In this document: piece by piece, positions 9,969 through 22,577 of the stretch
Position numbering within the stretch: position 1 is the first letter of the stretch
Layout of the letters: the number at the start of each line of letters is the position of its first letter
NCBI GenBank assembly: GCA_050014075.1
Contig: JBEKEA010000007.1
Span: 4,119 to 68,118, forward strand
Direction of reading: 5' to 3'
From: Sedimentisphaerales bacterium
Lineage (GTDB): Bacteria > Planctomycetota > Phycisphaerae > Sedimentisphaerales > UBA12454
Length of the DNA: 64,000 nt
Position numbers and translations under genes: made by a program
The notes under the pieces: generated by a model
What the model was told of the DNA's origin: nothing
Databases searched by the model: none
What the model saw: only the letters and a program-made list of their open reading frames with translations

Positions 9969-10090
9969 CCATCCGGCTTCACCCTTTGTTTAGCAACAGA
10001 GCCGCAACCGTTAGTGAGCGGTAATTAAAATCCGAGCCGCACGTCCAACATTGAACACTGAACATTCAACATCGAATGAGAAACCACCCC

Positions 10091-10120
10091 CCGCATTCGC
10101 GAGGGTAAACTCCGGCGGGA
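10091..10120. repeat. Degenerate copy of the hairpin repeat family (ccgc...gagggtaaactccggcggg), preceded by tgaaca-type simple sequence
   Basis: It shares gggtaaac + ccggcggg with the reverse complement of 27262..27287. 10043..10075 is acattgaacactgaacattcaacatcgaa low complexity. Confidence 0.5.
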
Positions 10121-10284
10121 ATTTTTCAACAGTCCCAATGTCCTCTATTTATTCCATTTATTTATTATTTTAATTTTTTAACATATTGAGCAATTTCATT
10201 TAATAAAAATTTTGAAATCTCATCATAGCACTGAGACACGAGTAACCTTGCTAATGCTGCTGATTGTGATATAATAACCCGTAT

Positions 10285-11973
10285 ATGACTGTCAGGGATG
10301 AAAGACTGTTTGAAAAATTATTGATACCGCCAAAGAAAGTAACCTTTCGAGACGGTTTTCTCCAATTCAACGATTCGTTTAATGCCTATCACGATAAAAC
10401 AATCAAAAACATTGAAGGATATAAATTAAAAATCCTGCCGGGCGGAGTTGAAATATATTCTGCAGCAAATGCCGGAACTTATTACGCGATACAAACCTTA
10501 AAAGACCTTGCCGCGATTTATAAAAATAAACTGCCCTGCTGTATGATAGAGGATTGGCCGGACTTTAAAAGACGAGGCGTTTATCTGGACTGCTCCCGCG
10601 GGAAAGTGCCGAAATTAAGCACATTAAAAGATTTGGCTGTGCGTCTGGGACATTGGAAAATCAACGAACTTCAGCTTTATATCGAAAACGTCTTTACTTT
10701 TAAAAAACATCCTGAAATCGGTAAAGGATATAGCCCATTTACGCCTGATGAGATTCTTGAATTGCAGAGCCATTGCAAAAAACATCATATAAGATTGGTC
10801 GGCTCGCTGGCAAGCTTCGGGCATTTTGAAAAAATCCTCGCCCTGCCGAAATATCAGCATCTGGGCGAGATGCCGGGCTTTCGCGGATTTCCCGGCGGCA
10901 CAACTCTCTGCCCTGCCGACCCGAGTTCAATAAAACTTGTCGGCGAACTTTACAGCGAGTTTTTGCCGCTGTTTGAGGCAGAAGATTTCAATGTCTGCTG
11001 CGATGAAACATGGGAGCTTGGTAAAGGCAGAAGCAAAAAACTTGCCGACCGTATCGGGACAGGTAAAGTTTATCTTGATTTCATTTTGAAAATTCATCGG
11101 CTGTGTCAAAAATATGGAAAACGGATGAATCTCTGGGCAGACATCGTTTTAAAATATCCTGAATTATTGAACAAATTGCCGAAGGATATTGTTCTGCTCA
11201 ATTGGGAGTATGAACAGAACGGAAAAAACATTTATCGAACCGAAAAACTCGCAAAAGCAAATTTGCCATTTATGGTTTGTCCCGGCACAAGCGGCTGGCT
11301 GACTCACGGCTCGCGGCTGCCCAATTCAATGGGCAATGTAACTAACCTTGCCGAGCAAGGCCGAAAATTCGGAGCCCAGGGCCTGCTTAATACCGACTGG
11401 GGCGATAACGGACATCGCAATTTTCTAGGAGTGAGCCTTCACAGCTTCGCACACGGTGCGGCACATAGCTGGAACGGAAAAGCTGTCAATAATAGAAAAT
11501 TTACCGAGAATTTTTGCAATAATTTTTTCCGTCAGCCAGAACTTGCCGGAATAATTAAGACATTGGGAAATAATTATCGTATCTGCGGAACTAATGTGCC
11601 AAACAAGAGCTGGCTGTATTTTGCACTTGTTGAGCCTGCCAAGAATATTGGGCCTGATAGTTATATAAACTTAATGAATGAAAAGGGATTAAAGAAAATA
11701 ATCAGATTTCCATTAGGCAGACACATAAGTTTGCCCAAACATTGCGAAAACTTTGAAAAAACGGCTTATGAGGAACTGAAACTGGCAGGACAAATGGATT
11801 GTCTTGCAGCCGGTCGGGCATTAGCATTAAAAAATAAGAAATATTCAGAATTGCGAAAGATAAACAAACAAATCCAAAAGATGGCAGGCAATTTTAAAAG
11901 ATTGTGGCTATTGCGAAATAAAGTATCAAGATTAAATGATAATTTACAGTTATTCAGGAAAATATGCGAATAA
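10285..11973 (+). CDS. Glycoside hydrolase family 20-like beta-N-acetylhexosaminidase, no signal peptide (cytoplasmic)
   Basis: DWPDFKRRGVYLDCSRGKVP...INELQLYIEN TIM-barrel start and a CCDETWELG catalytic-region variant resembling the GH20 GGDE motif. Confidence 0.6.
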   Translation: MTVRDERLFEKLLIPPKKVTFRDGFLQFNDSFNAYHDKTIKNIEGYKLKILPGGVEIYSAANAGTYYAIQTLKDLAAIYKNKLPCCMIEDWPDFKRRGVYLDCSRGKVPKLSTLKDLAVRLGHWKINELQLYIENVFTFKKHPEIGKGYSPFTPDEILELQSHCKKHHIRLVGSLASFGHFEKILALPKYQHLGEMPGFRGFPGGTTLCPADPSSIKLVGELYSEFLPLFEAEDFNVCCDETWELGKGRSKKLADRIGTGKVYLDFILKIHRLCQKYGKRMNLWADIVLKYPELLNKLPKDIVLLNWEYEQNGKNIYRTEKLAKANLPFMVCPGTSGWLTHGSRLPNSMGNVTNLAEQGRKFGAQGLLNTDWGDNGHRNFLGVSLHSFAHGAAHSWNGKAVNNRKFTENFCNNFFRQPELAGIIKTLGNNYRICGTNVPNKSWLYFALVEPAKNIGPDSYINLMNEKGLKKIIRFPLGRHISLPKHCENFEKTAYEELKLAGQMDCLAAGRALALKNKKYSELRKINKQIQKMAGNFKRLWLLRNKVSRLNDNLQLFRKICE

Positions 11974-13061
11974 TCGGTCTTATGTCTGGAACAAGCGCAG
12001 ATGGAGTCGATGCGGCAGTTGTCGATATTAAAAAAGACAAAGTTAAACTGCTGGCATTCGATACATTTAACTATTCGCCGGCTCTGCGCAAAAATATTCT
12101 CGATCTTGGCGAGCAGAAAAACTGCCGACCGGGTGATATATCAAGTCTGAACTTTCAACTCGGAAAGATTTTCGCCGATGCTGTTATAAAACTGTGCAGA
12201 AAAAATAAAATAAATTTAAAAACCATTGATTTAATCGGCTCGCACGGACAAACTATTTTTCACAAGCCCGCTTGTAATACTCTTCAAATTGGAGAGCCTT
12301 CTATAATCGCTTATAAAACAGGTATAACTACAATTGCAGATTTCAGGCCAAAAGATATCGCTGCAGGCGGACAAGGGGCACCATTAGTGCCTTTTGCCGA
12401 TTATTGGTTATTTAAAGATAAAAAACTTAATCGCGCTATTCAAAATATCGGCGGCATCGCAAACGTTACATACCTTGCGGCAAACTGCAAACCGAAGGAC
12501 ATTATCGCCTTCGACACAGGGCCGGGGAATATGATAATAGACAGGCTGGTTTTTCTTGCGACCAAAGGTAAACAGAATTTCGACAGGGATGGAAAAATAG
12601 CCGCCAAAGGAAAAGTTAATATAAAAATGCTGAATGAGATGATGGCACATTCATATTTTCGTTGTAAACCGCCAAAAACTACCGGCCGGGAAATGTTCGG
12701 CAGAGAATATACCGACGCGTTTTATAAAAAATCATCAAATGAAGATATTATTGCAACGGCAACCGCTTTTACCGCGATTAGCATCGCACAGGCGTATAAG
12801 AAATTTTTGCCGCGACTGCCGGATGAAATAATACTTTGCGGAGGCGGCGCGAGAAATAAAACGCTTGTTAAAATGTTAAAACAGAATATAAAAAGCAAAA
12901 TACTCTTTACGGACGACTTCGGCATAAACAGCGATGCGAAAGAGGCTGTATCGTTCGCAATTCTGGCCTGGGCGACATTTAACGGCATCGCAAATAATGT
13001 ACCATCCGCGACAGGGGCAAAAAAAGCTGTAATTTTAGGAAAAGTGATACAAGCAAAATGA
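11964..13061 (+). CDS. anmK: Anhydro-N-acetylmuramic acid kinase
   Basis: MRIIGLMSGTSADGVDAAVVDI N-terminus and ~365 aa. It overlaps the GH20 stop by 10 nt. Confidence 0.9.
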   Translation: MRIIGLMSGTSADGVDAAVVDIKKDKVKLLAFDTFNYSPALRKNILDLGEQKNCRPGDISSLNFQLGKIFADAVIKLCRKNKINLKTIDLIGSHGQTIFHKPACNTLQIGEPSIIAYKTGITTIADFRPKDIAAGGQGAPLVPFADYWLFKDKKLNRAIQNIGGIANVTYLAANCKPKDIIAFDTGPGNMIIDRLVFLATKGKQNFDRDGKIAAKGKVNIKMLNEMMAHSYFRCKPPKTTGREMFGREYTDAFYKKSSNEDIIATATAFTAISIAQAYKKFLPRLPDEIILCGGGARNKTLVKMLKQNIKSKILFTDDFGINSDAKEAVSFAILAWATFNGIANNVPSATGAKKAVILGKVIQAK

Positions 13062-13957
13062 AAAAACATAAAATACTTCCGACGACAGAAAAACGTAACC
13101 GCAAAAGCGAAAATATCGACCGGCTGTCCACTTTACAGGCAGTCAGACTTATAAATTCCGAGGATTTGCTCGTGGCGCCGGCGGTCGGCAAAGAAAACAA
13201 AAAAATCGCTGATGCGGTCGATATGATAGTTGAGCGATTCAAAAGAAATGGGCGATTATTTTATGTTGGCGCGGGGACAAGCGGGCGGCTCGGGGTTCTG
13301 GATGCCTCGGAATGCCCGCCGACATTTGGAGTAAGCCCCCTGCTGGTGCAGGGAATTATCGCAGGCGGAAAACGAGCGTTAGTAAAAGCCGTTGAAGGTG
13401 CCGAAGATAAAGCCAGCGACGGCGTTGCGGCCATAAATAAAAATAAAATATCGGCAAAAGATGTTGTTGTCGGCATCGCGGCCTGCGGCCTGACGCCTTT
13501 TGTTCGGGCGGCCTTGAAACAAGCGATGAAAATAGGAGCGGGCACGATTTTTATCACCTGTGCGCCGGAGGCTGTTAAAGGTAATCCGGCAAAAATAATC
13601 ATAAATCCTGTCGTCGGGCCGGAGGTTATCACAGGTTCAACCCGAATGAAGGCCGGCACCGCGACAAAACTTGTGCTTAATCTGCTGACGACGACGGCTA
13701 TGATAAAGATGGGCAAGGTGTACGGCAATTTAATGGTTGACCTCAAGGCGACAAATAATAAATTGCGCGACAGGTCAATTAGAATTGTTTCGGAAATGAC
13801 AGGTCTTTCAAAAACAAATGCCGCGAAATTACTCAAAAAAGCAGGCGGTAAAGTCAAGACCGCGATTGTGATGCACTTTCGTAATGCCGATTTAAACGGC
13901 GCCGAAAAAATCCTTAATCAATGTCAGCAATCTTTGAGGAAAGCAATAAATGACTGA
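13058..13957 (+). CDS. murQ: N-acetylmuramic acid 6-phosphate etherase
   Basis: SIS-domain motif GAGTSGRLGVLDASECPPTFG and 299 aa. There is a 4-nt ATGA overlap with anmK. Confidence 0.9.
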   Translation: MKKHKILPTTEKRNRKSENIDRLSTLQAVRLINSEDLLVAPAVGKENKKIADAVDMIVERFKRNGRLFYVGAGTSGRLGVLDASECPPTFGVSPLLVQGIIAGGKRALVKAVEGAEDKASDGVAAINKNKISAKDVVVGIAACGLTPFVRAALKQAMKIGAGTIFITCAPEAVKGNPAKIIINPVVGPEVITGSTRMKAGTATKLVLNLLTTTAMIKMGKVYGNLMVDLKATNNKLRDRSIRIVSEMTGLSKTNAAKLLKKAGGKVKTAIVMHFRNADLNGAEKILNQCQQSLRKAIND

Positions 13958-15422
13958 ATTCGTTGACGTTCAACATCTTGGCAGTTATTTAAGTCTGATT
14001 GACTTTATTATAGTTGGCATTGCTATTGGGCTTCTTTTCGTTATCTCGTATATTTTCGGGCGTAAAGAAACAAACACGAACGATTTTTTTCTGGGCGGCA
14101 GAAAAGTACCCACGTTTGTGGCCTGTTTGTCTTTTGTCGCGACTGAAGTTAGTGCGCTAACGATTATCGGAGTGCCGGCTACGGCTTACAGCGAAAACTG
14201 GGAATATTTGCAGTTTTTTGTCGGTTCGGCGGCAGCACGTATTTTAGTGGCGTTTTTATTCATCCCCGTTTTTTATAAATATAACTGCACAAGCATCTAT
14301 GAGTTTCTCAGGCACCGTTTCGGACCGGAGACTCAATACGCAGGCTCGATTTTTTTCTTTATTACAAGGATTATCGCATCGGGCGTAAGGTTATACGCGG
14401 CCTGTCTGGGAATCGGGATTATTTTGGGCTGGAACCTGGCGCAAACGCTGCTTGTCTTTACAACGGTTAGTATTATTTTTATCGCATTCGGCGGAGTAAA
14501 GGCGGTAGTCTGGGCCGGCGCATATCAGACGATTGTTTTCTTTTCGGCAGGCGTCGTATTACTATTATATCTATTTTTCCATATCCAGGGCGGTTTGGCC
14601 GCCGCCTGGCAGACTGCGAGCCAGGCAGGACGATTGAGCGTTTTTAAATTTGATTTTAATTTTAATGACCCTACGACATTTTGGGCGGGAACGGCTAACG
14701 CGTTCTTTATCGGCTTGGCAGTTTTCGGCACCGACCAGGAATTGATGCAGCGGCTGCTGACGGTTCAAACCAGAAGAAAAAGCCAGAACGCAATCTTTTT
14801 AACGATAGCGGCGGCACTTCCAATTCTGTGCATATATCTTGCAATCGGTACTTTGCTTTACGTGTTCTATCAGCAAAATCCCGGCGTTTTACAGCCGGAT
14901 AAGGCTAAAGAAGTTTTCTCGCATTTTACGGCGCATTTTCTACCGGCCGGTTTAAAAGGATTGATACTTTCTGCAATTATATTAGCCAGTATCGATTCGC
15001 CGCTGAGTTCGCTAAGCTCATCGTTCGTGACAGATATTTACCGCCCCCTTATCAAAAAGAACGCAACGGAAAAACACTATTTATTAATCTCGCGAACTGG
15101 CGTAATCATTTTTGGGTTAATTCTGGCGTTTATCGCTTTGGCTTGTCAGCCTGTGGAAAATATACTCTGGTTTGCATTTCAAATAGTATCTGTAACGGGC
15201 GGCGCGACGCTGGGCGTTTTTCTGCTGGGAGTGCTGACAAAAAGAAAGGGCAACATCGGCAACGTCGCCGCAATGATTATCAGCGCCCTGTCAATGACAG
15301 TACTGCTAATTTTATCTTACAATGGAGTAATAGCCCTGGCGTGGAGCTGGCTGATAGTCCTTGGAACAGCGACAACTTTCGGCCTGAGCTTTATTTTCAG
15401 TATTATAGGAAAAAAGCTTTGA
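13950..15422 (+). CDS. Sodium:solute symporter (SSF) family transporter
   Basis: 490 aa with ~13 TM helices and an SSF-like N-terminus (FFLGGRKVPTFVACLSFVATEVSALTIIGVPA). It overlaps the murQ stop by 8 nt. Confidence 0.75.
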   Translation: MTEFVDVQHLGSYLSLIDFIIVGIAIGLLFVISYIFGRKETNTNDFFLGGRKVPTFVACLSFVATEVSALTIIGVPATAYSENWEYLQFFVGSAAARILVAFLFIPVFYKYNCTSIYEFLRHRFGPETQYAGSIFFFITRIIASGVRLYAACLGIGIILGWNLAQTLLVFTTVSIIFIAFGGVKAVVWAGAYQTIVFFSAGVVLLLYLFFHIQGGLAAAWQTASQAGRLSVFKFDFNFNDPTTFWAGTANAFFIGLAVFGTDQELMQRLLTVQTRRKSQNAIFLTIAAALPILCIYLAIGTLLYVFYQQNPGVLQPDKAKEVFSHFTAHFLPAGLKGLILSAIILASIDSPLSSLSSSFVTDIYRPLIKKNATEKHYLLISRTGVIIFGLILAFIALACQPVENILWFAFQIVSVTGGATLGVFLLGVLTKRKGNIGNVAAMIISALSMTVLLILSYNGVIALAWSWLIVLGTATTFGLSFIFSIIGKKL

Positions 15423-15493
15423 CAGCAGGGAGCGAATTTTATATAAGTTATTGAAAATAATATGGATGTAACGAAAGATAAGCAGGGACAATT

Positions 15494-16771
15494 ATGAAAT
15501 TCAAAATCAAAGGTCTTCGCTGGTATATCGCAACTTTGCTGTTGCTGGTAACAACTGTTAACTATATCGACCGCACAAGCATATCTGTAGCTGCACCGTC
15601 TTTCAAACAACAGCTCAATATAAATGATCAGCAATATTCTTATATAATTATCGTTTTTCAGCTTTGTTATTTGATAATGCAGCCGATTAGCGGCCGTTTG
15701 CTTGACTTTTTAAATTTGCGCCGAGGCTTTTCGCTTGCTGCAGCATGGTGGTCTGTTGCCAATATTCTTCACGCATTCGCGCACAGTCCGCTGACGTTTG
15801 GAATATTTCGCGGCCTGCTCGGCGTAGGTGAAGCAGCCAATTTTCCCGGCATTGCAAAAACTGCATCCGAATGGTTTCCGCCCAGAGAACGCACAATAGC
15901 AACCGGCATTGCCAATATCGGTTCAGGCACAGGAGCTCTTATCGCAACGCCGCTGGCTGCATGGATTATATTAAAATGGGGCTGGCAGCAAGCATTTGTC
16001 GTTACCGGCGCTATAGGATTTTTTTGGGTTGCGCTGTGGGCACTATTTTATCGCTCGCCTGAAGACCATCCAATGATAACGCCGGAAGAACTTGCGCATA
16101 TTCAGCAGGGCCAGAATGAACTCAATGCTGAAGAGATATCGCACGAAAAAGGCGTCTGGAAAGTCGTTCTTTCGCAGCGAAATTTTTGGGGTATCGCAAT
16201 CGCAAGATTTCTTTCCGAGCCTGCATGGCAGTTTTTTTCATACTGGATTCCTATATATCTTGTTTCCCAGAGAGGAATGAATATTAAACAAATAGGTTAT
16301 TATGCATGGATACCATTTCTGGCCGCTGGTTTGGGAAGTTTTATTGGCGGGATTCTTTCGCCATTGTATCAGAAATTAGGCATGAGCGTTCTTACCGCTC
16401 GCAATGCTTCAATGACAACATCAGCATTACTAATGCCTTTTGCATTATTTATCGCCAGTGCACCGAGCGGCGAATGGGCAGTATTCTGGTTATGTTTCGG
16501 CGCATTCGGGCATAACTGCATCTCGGCGACGCTGCTAACGCTGCCGGCAGATTTGTTTCCGAAACGCACTGTGGCAACGGCCAATGGAATATCCGGCGGC
16601 ATAGGATATTTGGGCGGAATGCTGTTTACCTGGACAGTCGGATGGCTGGCAATGAATGTGGGTTATACGCCGATTTTCACCGCAATCGCGTTTCTCGACA
16701 TTATCGGAGCAGCGGTATTATGGGCGTTTTTGCGAGTGCCGAAAGCACAATCAAATACACAAGCTATATAA
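15494..16771 (+). CDS. MFS transporter, ExuT/ACS-like (hexuronate-type)
   Basis: 425 aa with 12 TM helices. The start LRWYIATLLLLVTTVNYIDRTSISVAAP is typical of the ACS/ExuT subfamily. Confidence 0.65.
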   Translation: MKFKIKGLRWYIATLLLLVTTVNYIDRTSISVAAPSFKQQLNINDQQYSYIIIVFQLCYLIMQPISGRLLDFLNLRRGFSLAAAWWSVANILHAFAHSPLTFGIFRGLLGVGEAANFPGIAKTASEWFPPRERTIATGIANIGSGTGALIATPLAAWIILKWGWQQAFVVTGAIGFFWVALWALFYRSPEDHPMITPEELAHIQQGQNELNAEEISHEKGVWKVVLSQRNFWGIAIARFLSEPAWQFFSYWIPIYLVSQRGMNIKQIGYYAWIPFLAAGLGSFIGGILSPLYQKLGMSVLTARNASMTTSALLMPFALFIASAPSGEWAVFWLCFGAFGHNCISATLLTLPADLFPKRTVATANGISGGIGYLGGMLFTWTVGWLAMNVGYTPIFTAIAFLDIIGAAVLWAFLRVPKAQSNTQAI

Positions 16772-16805
16772 TTCGGCGGCAAAATCGATTTTTACCCGGC
16801 GAATT
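16770..16805. terminator. Possible bidirectional terminator hairpin between the convergent MFS and atpC genes
   Basis: aattcg(g)cgg ... ccg(g)cgaatt is an imperfect 9-bp stem around an A/T-rich loop. It is not canonical. Confidence 0.3.
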
Positions 16806-16818
16806 CTCAAAGCCCAGT

Positions 16819-17271
16819 CTATTTGTTATTAACAGTTGCGGACATCTCGGCAAGTTTCATCAGAAATGCAAGTTTTTCCGTTTCGTGTTTGCGCTGCTGC
16901 GGAGTGTGTACGCCATGGGCCAATTTATTTCGGACAATCTCTATTATCTTCTCAATTTTCTGGGGTTCCATATCCTTAAAACAAATCGCATCCTGCGCTA
17001 TAATTGTTACCAGGTTATTGCTAATCTGTGCGAACCCGCCGTCAATCAGCAAAAAAGTATGTTTAGGCGATAATTCGGCATCAGTCGGAACATCTTCGAC
17101 CGACATAATACCCAGTCCCAGCTTGCATAACATCGGCATATGATTATGCCACACGCCTACCTTGCCATCGTGTGCCGGGAAAACAACCGAGGCAGTTTCG
17201 CAGTCAAGAAGCTTTCCTCTTGGTGCGATTACAACACATTTAAATGTTTCAGTAGGAGTGGACACAATCAA
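16819..17271 (-). CDS. atpC: F1 ATP synthase epsilon subunit
   Basis: Last gene of the atp operon. It has the beta-sandwich motif VVFPAHDGKVGVWHNHMPML. Confidence 0.85.
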   Translation of the reverse strand: MIVSTPTETFKCVVIAPRGKLLDCETASVVFPAHDGKVGVWHNHMPMLCKLGLGIMSVEDVPTDAELSPKHTFLLIDGGFAQISNNLVTIIAQDAICFKDMEPQKIEKIIEIVRNKLAHGVHTPQQRKHETEKLAFLMKLAEMSATVNNK

Positions 17272-17280
17272 TATTTCCTA

Positions 17281-19598
<2,318 letters not shown>

Positions 19599-19600
19599 TG

Positions 19601-21124
19601 CTAAATATCACCTTTTCCAGTTCGTGTTTTCTTATAGTCATTCATGGCCGCAGTAATCGACGCAACCAGTTCATTACTTAATTTCTTGGACTCGTTAATT
19701 TCGCTGATATAGTTGCCATGTTCATCCGAAAGCCACTTTAGAAACGAATCCATAAACTGGGTTACGGCATTAACAGGTACATCATCCACCAGGCCGGTGG
19801 TTCCCGTAAGAATTGTAATCACCTGTCTGCCGACATCCATCGGGGCAAATTGCGGCTGTTTGAGCAGTTCAATCATTCGGCTGCCCCTGTCAAGCCGAGC
19901 CTGAGTTGCAGCGTCAAGTTCCGTGCCTAATCTTGAAAAACTCTGCAGTTCCCAGAACGACGCCAGGTCCAGCCTTAGTTTTGAGGCGACTTTTTTCATT
20001 GCATCTATCTGGGCGTGGCCGCCTACACGGCTAACGCTCGTGCCGACATCAACAGCTGGTCTGATACCCGAATGGAACAGACTGCCCTGCAGATAAATCT
20101 GCCCGTCTGTAATCGAAATAACATTTGTCGGGATATATCCTGAGATTTGTCCCTCAAGGGTTTCAACAATCGGCAATGCGGTCAGCGAACCGCCGCCGAG
20201 TTTATCGGATAATTTTGCGCTGCGTTCGAGCAGTCTGCTGTGCAGATAAAAAACATCGCCCGGATACGCTTCTCGTCCCGGCGGCCGGCGAAGCAGAAGA
20301 CTTAACTGGCGATACGCAATAGCATGTTTGCTTAAATCGTCATACACACATAAAGTATCCTTGTGCTTTTCATACATATAATATTCGGCCACTGTGCAGC
20401 CCGAGTAAGGCGCAATATATTGCATCGGGGCGCTGTCGCCTGCCGCGGCTGCGATTACAATCGTATATCCCATAGCGCCATTTTTCTTGAGGGTATCGAC
20501 TATCTGGGCAATAGACGATTGTTTTTGCCCAATAGCCACATACACACAAATTACGTCTTTGCCTTTCTGATTTATTATAGCGTCAAGGGCAATGGCTGTT
20601 TTGCCGGTTTTACGGTCGCCGATAATAAGTTCTCGCTGTCCGCGGCCAATAGGAATCATCGAATCGATACACTTAAGTCCTGTCTGCAGCGGCTGATTGA
20701 CCGGCTGACGATGTACTATGCCGGGCGCTTCCGATTCGAGAAGTCTGGTGGTTTTGGCTGTGATTTCAGGTCCGCCATCAACGGGCCTGCAAAGTGGATT
20801 GATTACCCTCCCAAGGAGTTCATCGCCTACCGGAATCGACATTAGCTTGCCGGTCGGACGTACATCCGAACCTTCTTTTATCTTTGTATAATCGCCGTAA
20901 ACTATAGCGCCGATGGAGTCTTCCTCAAGATTAAACACCTCGCCGAAAACACCATTCTCAAACTCGAGAATTTCACCGGCCATTGCATCGTCAAGTCCAT
21001 AGATGCGGGCGATTCCGTCGCCTACTTCCACAACCTGTCCGACTTTGGAGACATCCAGCTTGTTCTTATAGTTGCTTATTTGATTTTTAAGAATACCGCT
21101 TATTTCACTTACATCAAACTCCAT
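19601..21124 (-). CDS. atpA: F1 ATP synthase alpha subunit
   Basis: Walker [10 protein letters not shown], 507 aa. Confidence 0.97.
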   Translation of the reverse strand: MEFDVSEISGILKNQISNYKNKLDVSKVGQVVEVGDGIARIYGLDDAMAGEILEFENGVFGEVFNLEEDSIGAIVYGDYTKIKEGSDVRPTGKLMSIPVGDELLGRVINPLCRPVDGGPEITAKTTRLLESEAPGIVHRQPVNQPLQTGLKCIDSMIPIGRGQRELIIGDRKTGKTAIALDAIINQKGKDVICVYVAIGQKQSSIAQIVDTLKKNGAMGYTIVIAAAAGDSAPMQYIAPYSGCTVAEYYMYEKHKDTLCVYDDLSKHAIAYRQLSLLLRRPPGREAYPGDVFYLHSRLLERSAKLSDKLGGGSLTALPIVETLEGQISGYIPTNVISITDGQIYLQGSLFHSGIRPAVDVGTSVSRVGGHAQIDAMKKVASKLRLDLASFWELQSFSRLGTELDAATQARLDRGSRMIELLKQPQFAPMDVGRQVITILTGTTGLVDDVPVNAVTQFMDSFLKWLSDEHGNYISEINESKKLSNELVASITAAMNDYKKTRTGKGDI

Positions 21125-21683
21125 GTATTCCCCTTTGCTTTGTTATTTCTTTGACTGTTAGCTGTAATCTGTTCCTGATGGAATTGTCTATTACTTTACT
21201 GCCGTGACGAATTATAATACCGCCTAAGATAGCCGGATTAACAACGACCTCAAGTCTGACCTGCCCATTTATCGCGGCAGCTATGCTGTCTTTAAGCCTT
21301 TCAACTTCTGCGGTTTCTATCGCCTTGGAAACTACAACTTTTACTCGATGCAGACCATGATGAGCTTCCCACAATTCAATATATTCTGCGATAATATTTG
21401 GAAGAAATCTCATTCGGTTATGTTCGATAGCTACCATCAGAAAATTCATCGTCAGCTCGTTTAATTTTCCTGAAAACACATCGCTTATCAGATGCTTCTT
21501 TTGTTCTTCGTGAAAAGACGGCGAAGCCATTAACGTTCCCAAATCTTTCGACTCAGCGGCAAGGCTTGCCAATATATCAAAATCGTTCTTTAAAACATCA
21601 ATCAATTGAGCCTGCTCGGCAAGCTCATAAATCGCCTGTGCGTATATTTGTCCAAGCCGGACGGCTTTTTCATCAATATTCAT
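21114..21683 (-). CDS. atpH: F1 ATP synthase delta (OSCP) subunit
   Basis: 189 aa, operon position between b and alpha, C-terminal [20 protein letters not shown] motif. Confidence 0.85.
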   Translation of the reverse strand: MNIDEKAVRLGQIYAQAIYELAEQAQLIDVLKNDFDILASLAAESKDLGTLMASPSFHEEQKKHLISDVFSGKLNELTMNFLMVAIEHNRMRFLPNIIAEYIELWEAHHGLHRVKVVVSKAIETAEVERLKDSIAAAINGQVRLEVVVNPAILGGIIIRHGSKVIDNSIRNRLQLTVKEITKQRGIHGV

Positions 21684-21700
21684 GGGCTTTCCCGGATTTT

Positions 21701-22252
21701 TTACTTATTGAGTTCTGTTATCGCATCGCTGACAAGCCGTTTGTTGTCCTCATCAGAGATCGCCCGGCCGAGCACCTTTGTTCCTAATACAAGCATAATA
21801 TCACCTGCTTGTTCCCATAGCCGGTCTTCTGCGGCAGCGCGGGCTTTTTCGATGTCCTGCGATGCCTGATGCCTCATTTCGGACACTTTCCGATGCGCAG
21901 CTTCAGTCAGTTCCTGTTCGTGTTTAAACGCCCTGTCAGTCGCTTCCTGAAGAATATGCGAACGCCGCTGCTCGATATCCTCGCGAATTTCCTGAGCCTC
22001 TTTGCGAGAATGTTCCGCGCTTTCTATCTGCGATCTTATGTGTTCTTCCCTGTCTTTGAGGGCTTTTAGCATCGGTTTCCATGCGAATTTACCCAGAACT
22101 ATAAGCAATAACAAAAAAGCCACAACCGTCCATAGCGATTCGGCGAACGAACCGCTGAAAATACTCCCGCCTGACTCGGCAGATTGACCTCCAGCAGCCA
22201 ACGCATCGGCACAAACACATAACGTTATTAATAATGGTTTAAACGTTTTCAT
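21701..22252 (-). CDS. atpF: Fo ATP synthase b subunit
   Basis: N-terminal hydrophobic segment(s) followed by a long charged helix; operon position. Confidence 0.8.
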   Translation of the reverse strand: MKTFKPLLITLCVCADALAAGGQSAESGGSIFSGSFAESLWTVVAFLLLLIVLGKFAWKPMLKALKDREEHIRSQIESAEHSRKEAQEIREDIEQRRSHILQEATDRAFKHEQELTEAAHRKVSEMRHQASQDIEKARAAAEDRLWEQAGDIMLVLGTKVLGRAISDEDNKRLVSDAITELNK

Positions 22253-22272
22253 TGTTGGTTAGGATTTTCTGT

Positions 22273-22548
22273 TTATCCGCGCAGCCAGAAAAGTACCAAA
22301 AAGCAAATCGCCAGCGCAAAAAATGTAACGCCTTCGATAAGTGCTGCCGCGATAAGCATTGTCGTAAATATTCGACCTTCCGCTTCAGGCTGACGGGCAA
22401 TGGCATCGACCGCCTTGCTGCCTATCCAGCCGATACCGAATCCTGCGCCGATAATTATCAGACCGCAGCCTATTGCCGCCGCGGCTATCGCCCAGTTCGT
22501 TACAACTGCGCCGGCCTCGGCCAGCATAACTCCTGTCATACCAATCAT
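22273..22548 (-). CDS. atpE: Fo ATP synthase c subunit
   Basis: Two-helix hairpin with an ARQPEA loop and a helix-2 carboxylate (LIEGV). Confidence 0.9.
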   Translation of the reverse strand: MIGMTGVMLAEAGAVVTNWAIAAAAIGCGLIIIGAGFGIGWIGSKAVDAIARQPEAEGRIFTTMLIAAALIEGVTFFALAICFLVLFWLRG

Positions 22549-22577
22549 TTTATTTCAAGCCTCCAAAAAAATTGTTT

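Noticed and set aside
22273-22548. Na+-coupled ATP synthase c-subunit
   Set aside because: The helix-1 position aligned with Q32 of the Ilyobacter c-subunit is hydrophobic (GIGWIG). Helix 2 has E-G rather than E-S/T. This is consistent with H+ coupling.
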